Source: Escherichia coli (lineage in GTDB: Bacteria; Pseudomonadota; Gammaproteobacteria; Enterobacterales; Enterobacteriaceae). From it: a DNA stretch of 64,000 nt. Made by a program: the position numbers and the translations under genes. The number at the start of each line of letters is the position of its first letter. The first letter of the stretch is position 1. The notes beneath the pieces were generated by a model. It did no database searches, had not been told where the DNA came from, and worked only from the letters and a program-made list of their open reading frames with translations. Below are positions 59,265-64,000 of the stretch, one piece after another. The stretch is taken from the NCBI RefSeq assembly GCF_050320075.1, contig NZ_CP190018.1; one strand, given 5' to 3'.

Positions 59265-60107
59265 ATGCATTCACTCCAACGTAAAGTTCTGCGTACTATT
59301 TGTCCGGACCAAAAAGGTCTGATCGCACGTATTACCAATATTTGCTACAAGCACGAGTTAAATATCGTACAGAACAATGAATTTGTTGATCACCGTACCG
59401 GGCGCTTTTTTATGCGCACGGAACTGGAAGGAATTTTTAATGATTCCACCCTGCTGGCGGATCTCGACAGCGCATTGCCAGAAGGCTCCGTACGTGAGCT
59501 GAATCCTGCCGGTCGTCGCCGGATAGTGATTCTGGTCACTAAAGAGGCGCATTGCCTCGGCGATTTGTTGATGAAAGCCAATTACGGCGGCCTGGATGTC
59601 GAAATCGCGGCAGTTATTGGTAACCACGATACTTTACGTTCTCTGGTTGAGCGTTTTGATATTCCGTTTGAGCTGGTAAGCCATGAAGGGTTAAGCCGCA
59701 ACGAGCACGATCAAAAGATGGCGGATGCCATTGATGCTTATCAGCCTGACTACGTGGTGCTGGCGAAGTATATGCGGGTATTAACGCCAGAATTTGTGGC
59801 ACGCTTCCCGAATAAGATCATCAATATTCACCATTCATTCCTGCCAGCGTTTATCGGCGCACGTCCTTATCACCAGGCCTATGAACGTGGCGTGAAGATT
59901 ATTGGCGCAACCGCTCACTATGTGAATGACAATCTGGACGAAGGTCCAATCATCATGCAGGACGTTATTCATGTCGATCATACCTACACAGCTGAAGATA
60001 TGATGCGCGCAGGTCGTGACGTCGAGAAAAACGTCTTAAGTCGCGCACTCTACAAAGTACTGGCGCAGCGCGTCTTTGTTTACGGTAATCGGACGATTAT
60101 TCTTTAA
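59265..60107 (+). CDS. purU: Formyltetrahydrofolate deformylase, 280 aa
   Basis: N-terminal ACT domain and C-terminal formyltransferase domain; 280 aa. Confidence 0.9.
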   Translation: MHSLQRKVLRTICPDQKGLIARITNICYKHELNIVQNNEFVDHRTGRFFMRTELEGIFNDSTLLADLDSALPEGSVRELNPAGRRRIVILVTKEAHCLGDLLMKANYGGLDVEIAAVIGNHDTLRSLVERFDIPFELVSHEGLSRNEHDQKMADAIDAYQPDYVVLAKYMRVLTPEFVARFPNKIINIHHSFLPAFIGARPYHQAYERGVKIIGATAHYVNDNLDEGPIIMQDVIHVDHTYTAEDMMRAGRDVEKNVLSRALYKVLAQRVFVYGNRTIIL

Positions 60108-60188
60108 TCGCCAGCAAAAATAACTGGTTACCTTTAATCCGTTACGGATGAAAATTACCCAACCAGTTCATTTTTCTCAACGTAACAC

Positions 60189-60216
60189 TTTACAGCGGCG
60201 CGTCATTTGATATGAT
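60189..60216 (+). promoter_or_regulatory. tyrT promoter (stringently controlled tRNA promoter)
   Basis: -35 tttaca (60189..60194), 16-bp spacer, -10 tatgat (60211..60216), followed by the GC-rich discriminator gcgccccgcttcccg. Confidence 0.8.
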
Positions 60217-60265
60217 GCGCCCCGCTTCCCGATAAGGGAGCAGGCCAGTAAAAGCATTACCCCGT

Positions 60266-60350
<85 letters not shown>

Positions 60351-60384
60351 TCTCAAGCATTACCTCAAAATTTGAATTACCCCT

Positions 60385-60469
<85 letters not shown>

Positions 60470-61004
60470 TCACTTTCAAAAGTCCGTGAACTCTCAAACG
60501 AATCCGCGATTAAATATTCTGCCCATGCGGGGAAGGATGAGAAGCTTCGACCAAGGTTCGACTCGAGCGCCAGCGAGAGAGCGTGGCCGCAGGCAACGAC
60601 CCGAAGGGCGAAGCGCGCAGCGCTGAGTAATCCTTCCCCCACCACCATAACTTTCAAAAGCCCCGGAATTCTCAAACGAATCCGCAATCAAATATTCTGC
60701 CCATGCGGGGAAGGATGAGAAGCTTCAACCAAGGTTCGACTTGAGCGCCAGCGAGAGAGCGTTGCCGCAGGCAACGACCCGAAGGGCGAAGCGCGCAGCG
60801 CTGAGTAATCCTTCTCCCACCACCATCACTTTTCAAAAGTCCGTGAACTCTCAAACGAATCCGCAATTAAATATTCTGCCCATGCGGGGAAGGATGAGAA
60901 GCTTCGACCAAGGTGCGACTCGAGCGCCAGCGAGAAAGCGTTGCCGCAGGCAACGACCCGAAGGGTGAAGCGCGCAGCGCTGAGTAATCCTTCCCCCACC
61001 ACCA
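60470..61004 (+). repeat. rtT: Three tandem 178/179-bp tRNA-derived repeats distal to tyrV (rtT RNA / tpr region)
   Basis: Units 60470..60647, 60648..60825 and 60826..61004, each ending with the tRNA-Tyr 3' segment aatccttc[c/t]cccaccacca; a partial fourth start follows. Confidence 0.85.
60525..60626 (+). CDS. tpr: Arg-rich protamine-like small ORF (Tpr-like), 33 aa, in repeat unit 1
   Basis: Hand translation [33 protein letters not shown]; unit 2 copy has a premature stop, unit 3 copy is a 28-aa variant. Whether it is translated cannot be judged from sequence. Confidence 0.4.
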   Translation: MRGRMRSFDQGSTRAPARERGRRQRPEGRSAQR

Positions 61005-61070
61005 TCACTTCCTGTAAATACTCAAAACCTGTTACTCCGAGCTAATTCTACCCAATGGCACCGCGTTTAC

Positions 61071-61122
61071 CGGACCTACAATATCCTCCCCTGTAGGTCG
61101 GATAAGCGAAGCGCATCCGACA
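61071..61122. repeat. REP-like palindromic element
   Basis: Nested inverted repeats gacctaca...tgtaggtc and gtcggat aagcgaagcgc atccgac; resembles REP units. Confidence 0.4.
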
Positions 61123-61144
61123 ACTCACCCCGTACCGTGCCCAT

Positions 61145-61170
61145 AAAAAAACCCCGCCGAAGCGGGGTCT
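61145..61170 (-). terminator. Rho-independent terminator of the narGHJI operon
   Basis: Minus strand reads agaccccgcttcggcggggttttttt, 19 nt after the narI stop. Confidence 0.75.
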
Positions 61171-61188
61171 ATGCAAACTAAAATTCGC

Positions 61189-61866
61189 TTAGTGACGAGC
61201 GCGCACCAGCTGATACTTACGTGTCAGATACTCCACCGGTACGCTCCAGATGTGCACCAGACGTGAGAACGGGAACAGCAAGAATAACGTCATCCCCAGC
61301 ACCAGGTGCAGACGGAAGATAAACGCCACACCATCAAGGTGTTGAGAAGCGCCACCGTGGAAGGTCACTACCGACTGCGCCCAGCCAACCAGTTTCATCA
61401 TCTCGCTACCGTCCATATGCTGGGCGGAGAACGGAATGGTCAGCAAGCCCAGAGCGCACTGGATAACCAGCAGAGACAGGATCAGGATATCCGCTCCGGT
61501 AGTCGTTGCACGCACGCGTGGGCTGAACAGACGACGTTTCAGCAACAGCACGCCGCCAATCAGACACAGCACGCCGCTGGCACCACCAGCAAACATCGCC
61601 ATTTTCTGTTTCACTTCAATCGGCAGCCAGGCTTCATACATCCAGTGCGGCGTCAGCATACCAAAGAAGTGACCGACAAAAATCCCCAGAATACCGATAT
61701 GGAACAGGTTCGACGCCAGGTTCATCCCTTTGCGATCCAGCATCTGGCTGGACGCCGCGCGCCAGGTGTACTGCCCGTAGTCATAACGCAGCCAGCTACC
61801 AATCAGGAAGACCGCCCCGGCTATGTACGGGTAGATATCAAAGAAGAACATATTCAGGAATTGCAT
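61189..61866 (-). CDS. narI: Respiratory nitrate reductase gamma subunit (cytochrome b), 225 aa
   Basis: 225 aa, five TM helices with conserved haem-ligand His residues; N-terminus [35 protein letters not shown]. Confidence 0.9.
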   Translation of the reverse strand: MQFLNMFFFDIYPYIAGAVFLIGSWLRYDYGQYTWRAASSQMLDRKGMNLASNLFHIGILGIFVGHFFGMLTPHWMYEAWLPIEVKQKMAMFAGGASGVLCLIGGVLLLKRRLFSPRVRATTTGADILILSLLVIQCALGLLTIPFSAQHMDGSEMMKLVGWAQSVVTFHGGASQHLDGVAFIFRLHLVLGMTLFLLFPFSRLVHIWSVPVEYLTRKYQLVRARH

Positions 61867-62576
61867 TAGTGCTGTCCTCCGGTGGTGATATTCAGATATT
61901 GCGGCGCGACGGCACCGGCAAAGCGACGCTGATGAGCAGTGATTGCTGAATCACCGCAGCCTTTGTCAGCAAAGAATTTAACCTGCTCTTCTTCCCAGAC
62001 AGCATCCAGCGCCTGCGGCGTATCGTCGCGCGCTTCGTCGGCAATTTTTTCCGCCACTTTGTCGCTGTCGATTGCGGTATTCGCCAGTTTCAGCAGCAGA
62101 TCAAACAGCACGGCATAACGGCTTTCACGCTGTTGCAGACGCGCGCAGAGCAATGCCAGAATCGGCGCGATATCTTTCAAACCTTCCACGGCTTCGCTTT
62201 GCGGCAGCTGCGCCAGATACTCCAGATACAGCGGCAAATGGTCGGGCAATTCGCGGCTGTTTAACTGCAAACCGTGCTGCTCGTACTGTGCCAGCAGGTC
62301 CACCATCGCCTGACCGCGATCGCGGGATTCCCCGTGAACGTGTTCAAACAGCAACAGCGACGTGGCGCGACCACGATCGAACAGTTCGCTGTACTGCGCC
62401 TGGGCATCGAGCGGATCCATCGTCGTTAAATCGCGCAGGAAAATGCCCAGCGCATGGGCATCTTCTTTCGACAGATTTTTCGACGCAGCAATTGCCTCAA
62501 ACATCTCTTGTTGATGCTGCCATAAAGCAGCATCCGGATATTCAAGGAGACGCGATACAATCACGAGTTCGATCAT
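61866..62576 (-). CDS. narJ: Nitrate reductase assembly chaperone NarJ, 236 aa
   Basis: 236 aa; stop overlaps the narI start by 1 nt (ATGA-type junction). Confidence 0.9.
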   Translation of the reverse strand: MIELVIVSRLLEYPDAALWQHQQEMFEAIAASKNLSKEDAHALGIFLRDLTTMDPLDAQAQYSELFDRGRATSLLLFEHVHGESRDRGQAMVDLLAQYEQHGLQLNSRELPDHLPLYLEYLAQLPQSEAVEGLKDIAPILALLCARLQQRESRYAVLFDLLLKLANTAIDSDKVAEKIADEARDDTPQALDAVWEEEQVKFFADKGCGDSAITAHQRRFAGAVAPQYLNITTGGQH

Positions 62577-64000
62577 GGGTGCGGCTCCGTTTTGCTGGTT
62601 ACGTCGATGGCATCGATACGGCGGCTGTTGAACAGATTGAATTTGGTATCTGAACCGTGGCAGCCATCACCAAAGGTAAAGCCGCAGCCATTTTTCTCCG
62701 GGAAGGCTTCCCGCGCCAGTTCACGATGACTGCTCGGCACCACAAAGCGATCTTCGTAGTTAGCAATCGCCAGATAACGGTACATCTCCTGTGCCTGGGC
62801 TTCGGTCAGACCGACCTCTTCCAGCGCACGGGTATCGACTTTACCGTCAACGGTTTCAGCACGTTTGTAATGACGCATCGCCAGCATACGTTTCAGCGCG
62901 CGCAGTACCGGTTTGGTATCACCGGCGGTCAGCAGATTCGCCAGATACTGTACCGGAATACGCAGGCTTTCGACGTCTGGCAGAATGCCGTTGCTGCCCA
63001 GCTCACCCGCGTCTGCTGCAGACTGAATCGGAGACAGAGGCGGCACGTACCAGACCATCGGCAGTGTGCGATATTCTGGATGCAGCGGCAGCGCCAGTTT
63101 CCATTCCATCGCCATTTTATAAACCGGCGACTGCTGTGCGGCTTCAATAACGCTCAGCGGAATACCGTCTTTAATTGCCTGCTCGATGACTTTCGGATCG
63201 TTCGGATCGAGGAACACCTCCAGCTGACGCTGGTAGAGATCTTTCTCGTTCTCGGTGCTGGCTGCACGTTCAATGGCGTCGGCATCGTACAACAGCACGC
63301 CGAGATAACGGATACGACCGACACAGGTTTCAGAGCACACGGTCGGCTGACCCGCTTCAATACGCGGATAGCAGAAGATGCACTTCTCAGACTTACCGCT
63401 CTTCCAGTTGAAGTAGATTTTTTTGTATGGGCATCCGGTGATGCACATACGCCAGCCACGGCATTTATCCTGGTCGATCAGGACGATGCCATCTTCTTCA
63501 CGCTTGTAAATCGCACCGCTCGGGCAGGTCGCCACACATGCCGGGTTCAGGCAGTGTTCGCACAGGCGCGGCAAATACATCATGAAGGTGTTTTCGAACT
63601 GGCTATACATCGCCTTCTGGATGTTGTCGAAGTTCTTGTCTTTCGCCAGCTTGTCAAACTCACCGCCCAGGTCATCTTCCCAGTTCGGCCCTTTTTCGAT
63701 TTTCGCCATCCGTTCCCCGGTAATCAGCGAACGCGGACGGGCAATCGGCTGCGATTTGCTGCCTTCCGGCGCGGTATGCAGGTTCTGATAATCAAAATCG
63801 AACGGCTCGTAATAATCGTCGATCCCCGGCAGATGCGGGTTAGCGAAGATTTTACCCAGCAGCATGGCGCGGTTACCCATGCGCGGTTGCAGTTTGCCAT
63901 TGATTTTACGGATCCAGCCGCCTTTGTATTTTTCCTGGTTTTCCCAGTCAGTCGGGAAGCCCTGGCCCGGCTTGGTTTCCACGTTGTTGAACCACGCGTA
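62573..64000 (-). CDS. narH: Respiratory nitrate reductase beta subunit, 3' portion (5' end beyond the window)
   Basis: Frame open to the window edge; Fe-S cluster Cys motifs (CEHCLNPACVATCPSGAIYKRE, CRGWRMCITGCPYKK); C-terminus ...[14 protein letters not shown]. Confidence 0.9.
   Translation of the reverse strand, partial: YAWFNNVETKPGQGFPTDWENQEKYKGGWIRKINGKLQPRMGNRAMLLGKIFANPHLPGIDDYYEPFDFDYQNLHTAPEGSKSQPIARPRSLITGERMAKIEKGPNWEDDLGGEFDKLAKDKNFDNIQKAMYSQFENTFMMYLPRLCEHCLNPACVATCPSGAIYKREEDGIVLIDQDKCRGWRMCITGCPYKKIYFNWKSGKSEKCIFCYPRIEAGQPTVCSETCVGRIRYLGVLLYDADAIERAASTENEKDLYQRQLEVFLDPNDPKVIEQAIKDGIPLSVIEAAQQSPVYKMAMEWKLALPLHPEYRTLPMVWYVPPLSPIQSAADAGELGSNGILPDVESLRIPVQYLANLLTAGDTKPVLRALKRMLAMRHYKRAETVDGKVDTRALEEVGLTEAQAQEMYRYLAIANYEDRFVVPSSHRELAREAFPEKNGCGFTFGDGCHGSDTKFNLFNSRRIDAIDVTSKTEPHP

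Overview
This window reads as a conserved enterobacterial (Escherichia coli-type) core chromosome segment, collinear with the K-12 region from rnb through the trp operon to narH, in reverse-complement orientation relative to the usual map. All identifications are from reading the ORF translations and DNA motifs against remembered protein families; no database search was run. Gene content in order: yciW (3' part), rnb, pdeR, yciZ, yciT, osmB, yciH, pyrF, lapB, lapA, pgpB, ribA, acnA, yciX, ymiA, cysB, topA, yciN, sohB, yciK, btuR, an IS1 copy (insA/insB), rluB, yciQ, yciO, trpH, trpL-trpEDCBA, yciG, yciF, yciE, ompW, yciC, yciB, yciA, tonB, yciI, kch, clsA, yciU, oppFDCBA, ychE, adhE, tdk, hns, galU, rssB, rssA, ychJ, purU, two tandem tRNA-Tyr genes followed by three 178-bp tRNA-derived repeats, narI, narJ and the 3' part of narH. 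I do not see a novel defence system, CRISPR array, prophage or biosynthetic cluster. The only clearly accessory element is the IS1 copy between btuR and rluB. The points worth a second look are that IS1 (divergent sequence, no clean target-site duplication), the tyrT-distal repeats, a few poorly characterised y-genes in suggestive neighbourhoods, some small ORFs and a few palindromes. Many ORF-track entries are over-extended at the N-terminus or use GTG starts; the coordinates given are trimmed to the start that matches the remembered protein and has a plausible RBS.
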